The notes under the pieces: generated by a model
The model's input: the letters and a program-made list of their open reading frames with translations, nothing else
Told to the model about the DNA's origin: nothing
Database searches by the model: none
Made by a program: the position numbers and the translations under genes
Shown: positions 16,840-26,344 of the stretch, one piece after another
Position numbering within the stretch: the first letter of the stretch is position 1
Layout of the letters: each line of letters opens with the position of its first letter
DNA from: Candidatus Coatesbacteria bacterium
GTDB taxonomy: Bacteria > RBG-13-66-14 > B26-G2
Assembly: GCA_003647715.1 (NCBI GenBank)
Contig: QMNJ01000001.1
Location: 1 to 38,671 of the forward strand
Length of the DNA stretch: 38,671 bases
Reading direction: 5' to 3'

Positions 16840-17970
16840 TTACCTTACAAGGTTTAATTTCTCTTTTACAAATTGCATTATCTCTTCGGGGTCTATATCC
16901 TCCCAACATATCATCCTAACGCAGTTCTCAAGGTATCCATCTCTATAACAGGGAGCACATTTTACACGGGGGCTGATAATAATTGAATTATCGTTTTTAT
17001 ATGGTCCATATCTAACTGGATTAGTCGGTCCAAAGATTACAATGGTGGGTGTCTTGAACGCAGACGAAATATGGAGGGGGAGGGAGTCATTAGTTATCAA
17101 TAGGCGAGAGCACTTTATTACTGCCGATACCTCTGGGATGGTAGTTTTACCAGTAATGTCCGTGATATTTGAAGATAGAGAGGCAAGTATTCTAGCCCTT
17201 TTTCTATCACTTTTGCTACCAATGATTAAAATTGGAATACTTAATGAACAAAGTTTCTGAACGAGTGCATTCCATTTGTTAATTGGCATTAATTTATTAG
17301 GCATCTTTGTCTTTGGGTTGTCGCCACCACCAGGTGCTATGACTATGTATTTCTCTGAGATGCCCGCATCCTTTAATTGCTTTTCTACTTTATTGGTCAC
17401 TTTCTCTGTGAGGAATATCTCAAGCCCTTTATCCTCAGGTTTACCACCGAGTGAGAGAACCACATTGAGGTATTCATCTGCCTGATGTATTGTCTCATCA
17501 TATTCAGTTGAGTAGTTCAGAAGTGCTCCCTCACCCCTGCGGTTTATTCCTGCCAGGATACCAGAGCAGATAATTCTAAATATCAGCGCGAAGGCAAATG
17601 AGTGATGAAATAGAATACAGAGGTCGTAGTCCTGTTTTCTTATGTCAAGCATTAGTTGCATTATTTTAATTGGGTTGAGAGAGATAAATATAGATTCATC
17701 CACTGTCAATATTCTGTTAATGTTAGGATTGGTAGCAATGATTGGTGATGACCTAATCCCTGTCAGGTAGTTAATCTCTGCATTGGGGAATAATCTTCTC
17801 AGGGTTCTCAGGGCGGGTGTGGTAAGAAGGACCTCACCAGTAGCCCATATTTTGACCACGAGTATCTTTTTAACCTTCTGAGGTCTTTTAGTTCTATTCT
17901 TAAAAGGACTTATGAGAGGAGATATTGCTCTACCGGCAAGTGAACTCAGATTTTCAATCATGAACGGCAT
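16840..17970 (-). CDS. Glycosyltransferase family 9 (heptosyltransferase-like)
   Basis: KILVVKIWATGEVLLTTPALRTLRRLFPNAEINYLT (GT9 N-terminal motif) and LITNDSLPLHISSAFKTPTIVIFGPTNP (GT9 C-terminal motif). Confidence 0.85.
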   Translation of the reverse strand: MPFMIENLSSLAGRAISPLISPFKNRTKRPQKVKKILVVKIWATGEVLLTTPALRTLRRLFPNAEINYLTGIRSSPIIATNPNINRILTVDESIFISLNPIKIMQLMLDIRKQDYDLCILFHHSFAFALIFRIICSGILAGINRRGEGALLNYSTEYDETIHQADEYLNVVLSLGGKPEDKGLEIFLTEKVTNKVEKQLKDAGISEKYIVIAPGGGDNPKTKMPNKLMPINKWNALVQKLCSLSIPILIIGSKSDRKRARILASLSSNITDITGKTTIPEVSAVIKCSRLLITNDSLPLHISSAFKTPTIVIFGPTNPVRYGPYKNDNSIIISPRVKCAPCYRDGYLENCVRMICWEDIDPEEIMQFVKEKLNLVR

Positions 17971-19363
17971 ATATCTCTACCTCCCCTATCTCTTTGAATA
18001 AATAGTAATCATCTTTGATTAAGACCTTTATCTTGTCAGGACTATCAATACCCAGGATGACCCATTGTGGTTTCTGATTCAGTATTATCTGGCACTGTTC
18101 TTCGTGTGAGGGCAGGTGATATTTAGTTCTCTCCTCCTCAGTCAGCAGGTCTGATATTCTTCTGGAGAACTCGCCCAGAAGTAGGTCAGGGTGAGGTATG
18201 CCACTGGTGACATATCCGCTCCACCAGGTTGCGACCACATCATCTTCGTCAACATATTCATCTGTGAAGTCCTGGACTTTCACTATTTCGCTGATTCCAA
18301 CCATAGGTTTAGCATAGTAATTCATAGCAACCCTCCCCAAAGGTCTAACAAGCCCTGTTATGATGAAAAAGAGCATTACAGTTGTTATCAAAATAGATTT
18401 CTTTCGTGATGCTGTTAAATGGTGGATTAAATGGTTGGATGAGATGGCGGTAAATGGAACCAATAATACCAGATACTGGAGTGAAGCAGATATGGGTATA
18501 ATACTGATAATAAGGATGACCAGGACATATAGAGATGATATGCGCTCTATCATTTCAGTTCTTCTGCGGAATAATCTAAATATAGCGATTACTGCGAGTA
18601 TGACTATTATCGCTGAGTTGGGGTCTAATGCCATTTCTTTCACTATGCTAAATCTCGTCATCTGCGACTTATAACCACTGAGTGCGGTGGTGTGAATGCC
18701 GATTACATTGAACAGTAGATAATCGGTGTATTTGAGTGTATAAAATATGATAGGTATTATGCCCGCTATTAATCCGGAGAGAAATGGATAGATATTCCAA
18801 CGATTATTAGTTCTATTGAAGCAGTATATAGGGATGATTATTATGGGTATTAGGATGATTCGTGAAGATATAACAAGACCTGTGAAGAATCCGGACAGAA
18901 GCGCAAATATCAATCGTTTGTTATTGATAGAAAGTATCAAAAACATTATTGAGATAATCAGTAGTAGTATGGTCAGTGAATAGACCTTGACAGGTGATAA
19001 CCAGTTGATTGTTAGATATGAGAAACTGAATATATAGAGTGGTAAACTGCTTGCTTCATTGGTTGTTCTGATTAGCAGGTATAAGATGGTAAGTGAGGTT
19101 ATTGCAAGGGCAACACTGAGGAATCTTCCGGCAATCAGAGATGTCCCGGTAACCTTGAAGAGCAGGGCATATAATAGTGTAGTTAGGGGTGTGTGTGGCA
19201 ATGGAATGTCTCTGTATAATTCATACCCTCTGTTCAAGAGATGTGCTGAGCCAATCCAGAATCCCTCGTCCCTATCCACCGGTCTGTTATATATCTGAGT
19301 TATTAATATAATAGAGAATATGATTAAGATGACTGCAAATGTTCTATTAAGGTTTTTTAACAT
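17954..19363 (-). CDS. Polytopic GT-C glycosyltransferase, PMT_2/ArnT (GT39/GT83)-like
   Basis: 469 aa with about 10 or more hydrophobic helices. The first loop DRDEGFWIGSAHLLNRGYELYRDIPLPHTPL resembles the acidic DE loop of ArnT/PMT enzymes. There is a soluble C-terminal domain. Its end overlaps the GT9 start by 17 nt. Confidence 0.65.
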   Translation of the reverse strand: MLKNLNRTFAVILIIFSIILITQIYNRPVDRDEGFWIGSAHLLNRGYELYRDIPLPHTPLTTLLYALLFKVTGTSLIAGRFLSVALAITSLTILYLLIRTTNEASSLPLYIFSFSYLTINWLSPVKVYSLTILLLIISIMFLILSINNKRLIFALLSGFFTGLVISSRIILIPIIIIPIYCFNRTNNRWNIYPFLSGLIAGIIPIIFYTLKYTDYLLFNVIGIHTTALSGYKSQMTRFSIVKEMALDPNSAIIVILAVIAIFRLFRRRTEMIERISSLYVLVILIISIIPISASLQYLVLLVPFTAISSNHLIHHLTASRKKSILITTVMLFFIITGLVRPLGRVAMNYYAKPMVGISEIVKVQDFTDEYVDEDDVVATWWSGYVTSGIPHPDLLLGEFSRRISDLLTEEERTKYHLPSHEEQCQIILNQKPQWVILGIDSPDKIKVLIKDDYYLFKEIGEVEIYAVHD

Positions 19364-19378
19364 AACCGATTTTTTCTG

Positions 19379-20593
19379 TTATTTCTTACTTCTTTGCCTT
19401 TTATGGTAATTATAGACATTGGTCAGGATTTTCTCTAATGCTTCAGCGTGTTTACCCCATGACTGCTCTTCTTGAATGTATCGGGTAGCATTATCAGATA
19501 GTTTCTGTCTTAATGATGAGTTGTCTCTTATCATCTTGATTGCCTGTGCATATTCATCCGGTTTATCGGGATTGACCAGAATTCCTCTCTCACCATAGCC
19601 GACTATCTTCTCCAGGGTGTCATATTTACTCACTACCACGGGGAGTCCACTTGCCAGGTATTCCATCAATTTTGCCGGTGCCCAGAAGAACCCAAATTCC
19701 TCCAGTGGTTTGTAATAGGAGGCATTGAACGGTGCAAGCCCCACATCGCTTATTGCCATAAGGTAGGGAATTGTTTTGTAGGGCTGGGGACCAAGATAGA
19801 GACAGTATCTCCCGAGACCATTAGAGTGGATGTATTCCATCAATCTTGCCTCTTCGCCCCCTCCACCCACGAGCAAGAAAAGTGCATCTGGAATAATCCT
19901 AGAGGTGTGATAGATAATATCAGGAAGGTCATATATTCCCTGCCATTCTCTGAATGAGCCGACGAATAAGATGAGAAACCTGTTATTTAGATTGTATTTT
20001 TCTATTATTTCTCTGGCGGTGTTAGTATTTCTTAGGTTCTTGTTAAATCTTGAGTGGTCTGCACCCCAGAAAAGTAGGTAGGTTCTGTCTCGTGCGAAGT
20101 CAGGAACTACAGTAGATATTGTGGTAATATTTGCACTTGACTGTCTAAACTGAAAGTTGACCCAGGATTTGAGGGGTGCTTTAATGATGGGCGATTTTAT
20201 CTTCCAGCGGTGTATAATCTCATCAACATGTGGACTGTTCACTTCCAGAACCAGAGGTGTTCTCTTCAGAAATGAGTATATTGCACCAAGACCCCCTGCA
20301 GTTATATATCTCTCCATAACTATATCAAAGTTCTTGTTAAGAAGTGATGGGAGATAGGGGATGGATATCAGTGGGAGTTTTATGCTAATGACCTTCTGCC
20401 AGACCCTGATGACCTTGACGCCATCAACATTTTCAAGGGCACGCTGGTCGTTGCGCCTTAAAGAGAACAGCGTTACCTGGTGTCCAAGTCGGACCAGATT
20501 CCTGGCGACCTCAAAGGTATGAACCGCACCAGCGTGGCTTGCGGGAACATCCTCACATGAGAAGTATAGTATTTTCAATGAGTGGTTATTCAT
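19379..20593 (-). CDS. Glycosyltransferase family 4 (GT-B, group 1)
   Basis: N-terminus HAGAVHTFEVARNLVRLGHQVTLFS and C-terminal E..FG.....KLMEYLASGLPVVVS (EX7E-type region). ATGA start/stop overlap with the upstream gene at 20590-20593. Confidence 0.85.
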   Translation of the reverse strand: MNNHSLKILYFSCEDVPASHAGAVHTFEVARNLVRLGHQVTLFSLRRNDQRALENVDGVKVIRVWQKVISIKLPLISIPYLPSLLNKNFDIVMERYITAGGLGAIYSFLKRTPLVLEVNSPHVDEIIHRWKIKSPIIKAPLKSWVNFQFRQSSANITTISTVVPDFARDRTYLLFWGADHSRFNKNLRNTNTAREIIEKYNLNNRFLILFVGSFREWQGIYDLPDIIYHTSRIIPDALFLLVGGGGEEARLMEYIHSNGLGRYCLYLGPQPYKTIPYLMAISDVGLAPFNASYYKPLEEFGFFWAPAKLMEYLASGLPVVVSKYDTLEKIVGYGERGILVNPDKPDEYAQAIKMIRDNSSLRQKLSDNATRYIQEEQSWGKHAEALEKILTNVYNYHKRQRSKK

Positions 20594-22230
20594 TCCGTTA
20601 TATATATCAATACCTCTGGACCCCTGGTTATTTTACCATCAGGTGAGAAATTTTTTATGAGTTTGTATTTCTCTTTGAGTATTCGGTGGTATTCATTCTC
20701 ACAGGGATATGTCTCCACGCCATAGTCAAGGCATTGGTCAATATAGAATTCTTTATCCCCAAAGACAGAGGTAATAACATATTTGATGTTATTACCTTCA
20801 ATAAATGATACAACATCTTTTATCGCCATGGATACCAGATAAAGGTTGTATTTCCTTCTGTTTTTTATCTCTTTTGACACGCTTATTAATATTCTAAACC
20901 TGATATTGCCCCGCCCCCAGATTGATAGTCGCTCTGCTGATTCAGGGTTCGGAATGAGTTGTGGTGATTCCACATCCGGTATCACCCGGTCAATGAGGAT
21001 GGCAGAATTTTCAGTAAGGTTCTCTTCTATCCACTGTCGTGCCATCTCTCTGGTGTCTGTCATCGCTGATTTTCTAACAGCAATGAAAGTGGGTATTGCA
21101 ATAAATAACCCAATAAAAGATATGAATAAAATTCCAATGTATTTATTCTTCCTCTTTATTTTGGAGAATAAATATTGAAGACCATTTCCTCCGATAATAG
21201 CTATGGGTGGGAGGGAAACAATAAGGTAGTGAGGTGGCACATACCTTCCAACTATGATTGCTATATTAAGTAATACTAATAGTATCAGAGGAATGAGTTT
21301 TCTTTCTCTGGATGCCATCATAAAGCCGAGAAGGGCAAATGGTATTATCACCGGGGTAATCAATCTTGGTGAGATGTTCACTGCAAACCAGCGGAGTGAG
21401 CTCATCAACTGGAATCCCACCTCTCTTGCTCTATCTATCTGTGTTTTTATATCCCCAATAGCGCTGTGATGGTCAATCACAATGAATGGTGAGAATATAA
21501 GGAACGATAGTGTAGTAATTACAACAAACATCAATGATAACCTGATATGAGATTTTACATCTGTTTTCTGTATGAAAATATATGCTATTACTGCGGGTAT
21601 TATCAGGAGGGCGTTGTATTTTGTTGATATAGCAGTGCCTGTGAAGATTGCTGATAGGATGATATTTTGTTTTGACAGATTATGGTTTCGGTAGATAAAG
21701 AATAATGCCATTGAGGTGAAGAGCAGAAGATATGCCTCTGGCTTTGCAAGGTGTGAGTAGCGTATAAACAGCGGTGATGTTATGAGTATTACCGAGGCGA
21801 ATATAGCAGTAGTGCGATTTGCTATCCTTGAAGCCATCAGGTATATAAAGGGTATAGAAAGAGTAGAGAGTATTATGCTGAAAAGACGGGATGTAATATA
21901 TATAACGGTTGGATTCTCAAGGTAGAGGAGCATATAATCGTGTGTAGTTATCACAACATTCAAAACTTTTAGAACCACGAATAGAATTCCAAGAACTATG
22001 AAGAGCATATATACAGGTAGTTGTGCTGGCCAGGTGAAAAGGTGTGGATTGAAATCGCCGGTTCCACAGTGGAGGGCTCGCTCCACAATCTGGAATTCAT
22101 CGCTCACCGTTAAACTAGGAAGATTACCTTTCAAACCAGGTAATGTGAGCGCAAGAGATGAGATGATAAGAATCAGTATAATATATCTGTCTCTCAAGGT
22201 TCTCTCCTCATTCTGAGAACTGCATTGCAT
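20590..22230 (-). CDS. Polytopic GT-C glycosyltransferase, PMT_2/ArnT-like (second copy)
   Basis: 546 aa with many TM helices, an early acidic loop (TVSDEFQIVERALH) and a soluble C-terminal domain. An alternative TTG start at 22197 would form a TTGA overlap with the YfhO stop. Confidence 0.6.
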   Translation of the reverse strand: MQCSSQNEERTLRDRYIILILIISSLALTLPGLKGNLPSLTVSDEFQIVERALHCGTGDFNPHLFTWPAQLPVYMLFIVLGILFVVLKVLNVVITTHDYMLLYLENPTVIYITSRLFSIILSTLSIPFIYLMASRIANRTTAIFASVILITSPLFIRYSHLAKPEAYLLLFTSMALFFIYRNHNLSKQNIILSAIFTGTAISTKYNALLIIPAVIAYIFIQKTDVKSHIRLSLMFVVITTLSFLIFSPFIVIDHHSAIGDIKTQIDRAREVGFQLMSSLRWFAVNISPRLITPVIIPFALLGFMMASRERKLIPLILLVLLNIAIIVGRYVPPHYLIVSLPPIAIIGGNGLQYLFSKIKRKNKYIGILFISFIGLFIAIPTFIAVRKSAMTDTREMARQWIEENLTENSAILIDRVIPDVESPQLIPNPESAERLSIWGRGNIRFRILISVSKEIKNRRKYNLYLVSMAIKDVVSFIEGNNIKYVITSVFGDKEFYIDQCLDYGVETYPCENEYHRILKEKYKLIKNFSPDGKITRGPEVLIYITE

Positions 22231-24626
22231 ATTATTAGGATTATTATAATAGTGCCAGTCAGAGAAATGTATAGACCTGTGGCGAATGTCGCTGGAAGAA
22301 ATTCAAGGACTATTAGGTGTTCACCCGGTTGGATGGGGATAGCCATAAGTCCGCCAAATGCCTCCTCTACTCCAACCTCAACTCCATCTATAAAACACCG
22401 CCAGCCCGGATATGAGAGTATGGATGTGGCTATATAACCACCTTCTCCAATGTAGGTCATCTCAATTTGGTTGTCTTTTATAGCATCTATAATGACTTCT
22501 CCACCATCTGTATATTCAGCAAGTGACCTACTTCCTGTGATAATCAGGTCATATTCAGGTATGAAGTTGTTGTCGGTAATATATTCTTCCATCTCGTCTA
22601 TGTCTTTGACATATATAAATCTTGATGGAGTGTAGATTAGAGGTGGGGAGTTAATAAGTTCATATAAATAGATTGTAAATGATTCTCTATCTATTTTACT
22701 TATCAGTTTCACTTCTTCACTAATAATTTGATGGGTAGTGAGTAGATACTTAATGGATAGCATCTCCAGGGGTTTGAGGGAGACGGGTTTGGTGGTTGGA
22801 GTGTATCGTGATAATGGGTAGGTGCCCCTGCCTCTCTCATGGAGGTTGGTCCAGACCAATCTTCTCATCAATGCTGTATATTGGTGTTCAAAGGACAGTC
22901 GGGGTATAGGGGTGCGAAGACCAAATAGTATATTTGTGTTTGGAACCAACAGTTCTGTTGAGAATCTTTCATCTGCTAAGTCCCAGCCCGACGAGAAGAT
23001 AGAATAGTTTTCAGCACTTTTAAGAGATGTGATACATTCAGGTGATTTGAATTGAGTATATGGTATAACCCTCTCTCTAAAAACTGAACTCTGAGCAATA
23101 TCTATGAGAGTAATGATTGATACCAGCAATAGAGGCATAATGGTTCTCTTTTTTCTGCTCCTGATGGCTATTGTGGATACACCGATAAACATAGCCACCA
23201 TTACTATCGTCCTCAATCGCCCACTGTTGGTAATGTTAAGGCATTCACCAGCCCTTTCAAGCATAATGGTTATCTTCTCCCGATAAGCATCAGTTGACAG
23301 TTGGTCAGCCGAGCCGTCTCTTTCTCCATACCTCATCGTTAAGTAGTTTGTTATGCGGTTGCCTTCCTCGGTTATAAGGAGATTTAGGATGATAATTGTG
23401 ATGATAAAGGCAATCTGTGTGATGACAAGCAGATTGATAAATGATTTCTTTATCTTTTCTCTATTCAGGGCATCTACACCCATGGCGGATAGGACTGATA
23501 GGGAGACCAAAGTGAGGAACATGTATCTTGCCGGCATTCTAAAAAAAGATAAGGGAGGTATTTTAAGAATGAGTTTTGCAAGTGGGTTGAACTTCCCCAG
23601 AGCCAAGAAGATGCCTATAAGGGTCATCAACACGAAGAACCATTTTATTCTGTTAAGTCGCTTATGATGGATGGCAAATACTGCAAGCATAGCGAAGAGA
23701 AATGGGATAAGCCCAATGGAGTAAGTGGATTCAAAGTATGAGCCAGAACCCCAGTATGTTTCTTTCACATTTCTCAGTGCGATATTGCCTGTGGTATTAT
23801 ATGCGGGTGGGTGAGGAGAAGAGCCAAATAGTGAATTGTCAAAGAAGGTTATCAAGTGTATGGGATTATATGATTGTTCAAGCCGATTGAAACCCGATTT
23901 TAACCTATCGGAGTGTAGAGCGAGTTCAAGTGAGGGCAGGAGTTGTATGGATGATACCACAAATATACCTGATATCAGTATGAAAGTAATTATCAATCTT
24001 CTTAGAAATTTTCGGTTTGAGGTGAACAATATGTAAAGTAGCGAGAGTGCAATACCCATTGAAGCGAACTGGAAGTGACCGCAGAGAAGCGATAGACCCC
24101 CAACCAGTATAAATAAACCATACCAGATTATCTCATTGCCTCTCTTTGCCTTTTCCGCGAGAAACAACAGAAGTGGTGTATATGAAGCACCTTCAATGAA
24201 AGGCATTATTCCAAGATGGAGGGAGAACTGGCTGGATGAGGCGAAGGCGAGACCGCCTATAACGGATGAAATTCTTGATAGACCTATGAGACGGATGAAG
24301 GCATACAGAGATAATCCAGCGAGTAGAAGGTGGACAAGTATGGTGATATTGTGGGCAAGCCAGGGAGGTAATAGGTATGAAAGAATAATATGCAAGGGAT
24401 GGGCAAAACCACCCTGACTCTCAGCAAAGGCGGGGTAGTTCAGAAGATGAGACCAGAGAGGAAACTCACCATTCTTGAGACCATTCTTCAATATTGTGAA
24501 ATATGGGTAGGAGAATGTTATGGCATCCTTGGCATTCAGGGGACCTAAGAGGAGTGGGAGATTCAGTATAGTTATGAAAAGAGCGATGAAAAGGTATGTT
24601 GTTAACTCTTTAGTTCTTTCGCTCAA
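22194..24626 (-). CDS. YfhO-family polytopic membrane protein (GT-C glycosyltransferase)
   Basis: 810 aa. The N-terminal FPLWSHLLNYPAFAESQGGFAHPLH loop is typical of YfhO. It has more than 10 TM helices plus a large extracytoplasmic C-terminal domain and a final TM. The TTG start forms a TTGA overlap with the ATPase stop (24623-24626). Confidence 0.72.
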   Translation of the reverse strand: MSERTKELTTYLFIALFITILNLPLLLGPLNAKDAITFSYPYFTILKNGLKNGEFPLWSHLLNYPAFAESQGGFAHPLHIILSYLLPPWLAHNITILVHLLLAGLSLYAFIRLIGLSRISSVIGGLAFASSSQFSLHLGIMPFIEGASYTPLLLFLAEKAKRGNEIIWYGLFILVGGLSLLCGHFQFASMGIALSLLYILFTSNRKFLRRLIITFILISGIFVVSSIQLLPSLELALHSDRLKSGFNRLEQSYNPIHLITFFDNSLFGSSPHPPAYNTTGNIALRNVKETYWGSGSYFESTYSIGLIPFLFAMLAVFAIHHKRLNRIKWFFVLMTLIGIFLALGKFNPLAKLILKIPPLSFFRMPARYMFLTLVSLSVLSAMGVDALNREKIKKSFINLLVITQIAFIITIIILNLLITEEGNRITNYLTMRYGERDGSADQLSTDAYREKITIMLERAGECLNITNSGRLRTIVMVAMFIGVSTIAIRSRKKRTIMPLLLVSIITLIDIAQSSVFRERVIPYTQFKSPECITSLKSAENYSIFSSGWDLADERFSTELLVPNTNILFGLRTPIPRLSFEHQYTALMRRLVWTNLHERGRGTYPLSRYTPTTKPVSLKPLEMLSIKYLLTTHQIISEEVKLISKIDRESFTIYLYELINSPPLIYTPSRFIYVKDIDEMEEYITDNNFIPEYDLIITGSRSLAEYTDGGEVIIDAIKDNQIEMTYIGEGGYIATSILSYPGWRCFIDGVEVGVEEAFGGLMAIPIQPGEHLIVLEFLPATFATGLYISLTGTIIIILIICNAVLRMRREP

Positions 24627-26344
24627 CTCAAACCTCTATGAAGATGGGAGAGTTTGTCTTTTCCTCTCCACTCAAAGTTCTCAAAGAAATCACCAGCACT
24701 TCTGGCAAAACCACCAAAGCGGATGGCAAGTGAGGTTATGTCTGGTCTAATTACCCCACTTTCATTGAGTGCATCGTCATCGGTAAAGACCGTCTCTGGA
24801 GCGCCAACCTTCACAATTCTACCACCCTTCATAAGCGCAATTCTATCTGAATACTTGAGGGCAAGCCATATAGAGTGTGTTATGCAGATTACTGTAATAC
24901 CTCTCTCTCTTAACTCAATGACCGTTTTCATAAGCGAGGTGACCTCATTATAATCAAGTCCGGTGGATGGCTCATCCAGTATAAGTATCGCCGGTTCAAG
25001 AGCCAGGATAGATGCCAGAGCAAGACGCTGTCTCTCACCCTTGTTCAACGAGTATGGGTCTTCACCCTCAAGTCCCGAGAGGTTGAGGTAGTTAAGGTAG
25101 GTCTTAACTTTTCTATCAATCTCTTTCTGTTTTAGTTTCTGTATTTTCAAGCCAAAGGCGACCTCTTCAAAAAGTGTCTCGGAGAATATCTGGTGGTCGG
25201 GGTCCTGAAATAGATATCCTATTATCCTGCACATCTTCTCCGGCTCAATATCAGACGGATTTACGCCAAGGACTTCAATTTTACCCTTCTGTGGTTTTAG
25301 AAAACCGGTGATGAGACCTGCCAGGGTGGTCTTTCCACTACCGTTGGGACCGAGTAAGGTGAATATCTCGCCTTTTCTGATGGTTAGTGATACATCTTTT
25401 ACAACATCTGTTTTACCATCATACGAGAAGAATACACTACTAATGTTAATAACAGGACGAAGGTTGGGTTCTTTTCTACTCTTTTTATTCTTATACTTTA
25501 TATCGCTTGCTTTTAGATAGTCATAAAGGTCTTCCAGGTTATGTATATTATTTTCTGGTGATAACAATGTGAGGTCAGGTGGTTTTACACCCGATTCTAT
25601 CAGTTTGAGTGGATAGTTAAGTATTGTATTCGCCCTCCCCTGATTTATTATCTTGCCATCTTTCAATACGAAGACCCAGTCATATCTTTCTGGTAGGATG
25701 ACCTCTTCATCGGCGATGATTACTGTCTTATCATTCTTGCTTAGGTTATGAAGCATATTGATAATCTCCACCCTACTGCTACTATCTATATCTGTGAAGG
25801 GTTCGTCCAGCCCGATTATATCTGTTCCTCCAGATAGAACTGAAGCGATAGAAAGCCGTTGTTTCTCCCCTCCTGATAAACTGGATGGGGTTCTATCTGA
25901 TAGGTGCTCAATTCCAAGCATTCTCAATGACTTTTTTGCTCTCTTAATTGTTTCATCCCTGGATATTCCCAGGTTAGAGGGGTAGAAGGCGGATTCATAT
26001 AAAGCATTAGTAGAGAATAACTGGTATTTGAAGTCCTGAAAGACCACACCATATAAAGCCGGTATTTCCTTCTGTTCAAGTTTATGGATGTCTCTGCCAG
26101 AGATGAGAATCTTACCCTTAATATCTCCTGGTATAAACCTGGGTATTAGACCCGCTATGGAAAGGAGCAGAGTTGATTTCCCCGAACCACTTCCACCGAG
26201 TATGAGGTTTATTGTTGAGTAGTTGATTTGCATATTAATGCCAGAGAGTGCAGGCGTTGTAGAACCTTCATATTGGAATGAGAGGTCTTTTATCTGTAAT
26301 GCTGGTATATGTTTTTGTGATGTGTATTGAGCCGGTTCTGTCAT
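24623..26344 (-). CDS. Fused double ATPase of the ECF/CbiO type (EcfA-EcfA')
   Basis: Two ABC cassettes: GGSGSGKST / LSGGEKQR / IGLDEP, and GPNGSGKTT / LNKGERQR / LILDEPS. Both carry the EcfA-type Q-loop regions VFQDFKYQLF and LFQDPDHQIF. Confidence 0.9.
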   Translation of the reverse strand: MTEPAQYTSQKHIPALQIKDLSFQYEGSTTPALSGINMQINYSTINLILGGSGSGKSTLLLSIAGLIPRFIPGDIKGKILISGRDIHKLEQKEIPALYGVVFQDFKYQLFSTNALYESAFYPSNLGISRDETIKRAKKSLRMLGIEHLSDRTPSSLSGGEKQRLSIASVLSGGTDIIGLDEPFTDIDSSSRVEIINMLHNLSKNDKTVIIADEEVILPERYDWVFVLKDGKIINQGRANTILNYPLKLIESGVKPPDLTLLSPENNIHNLEDLYDYLKASDIKYKNKKSRKEPNLRPVINISSVFFSYDGKTDVVKDVSLTIRKGEIFTLLGPNGSGKTTLAGLITGFLKPQKGKIEVLGVNPSDIEPEKMCRIIGYLFQDPDHQIFSETLFEEVAFGLKIQKLKQKEIDRKVKTYLNYLNLSGLEGEDPYSLNKGERQRLALASILALEPAILILDEPSTGLDYNEVTSLMKTVIELRERGITVICITHSIWLALKYSDRIALMKGGRIVKVGAPETVFTDDDALNESGVIRPDITSLAIRFGGFARSAGDFFENFEWRGKDKLSHLHRGLS

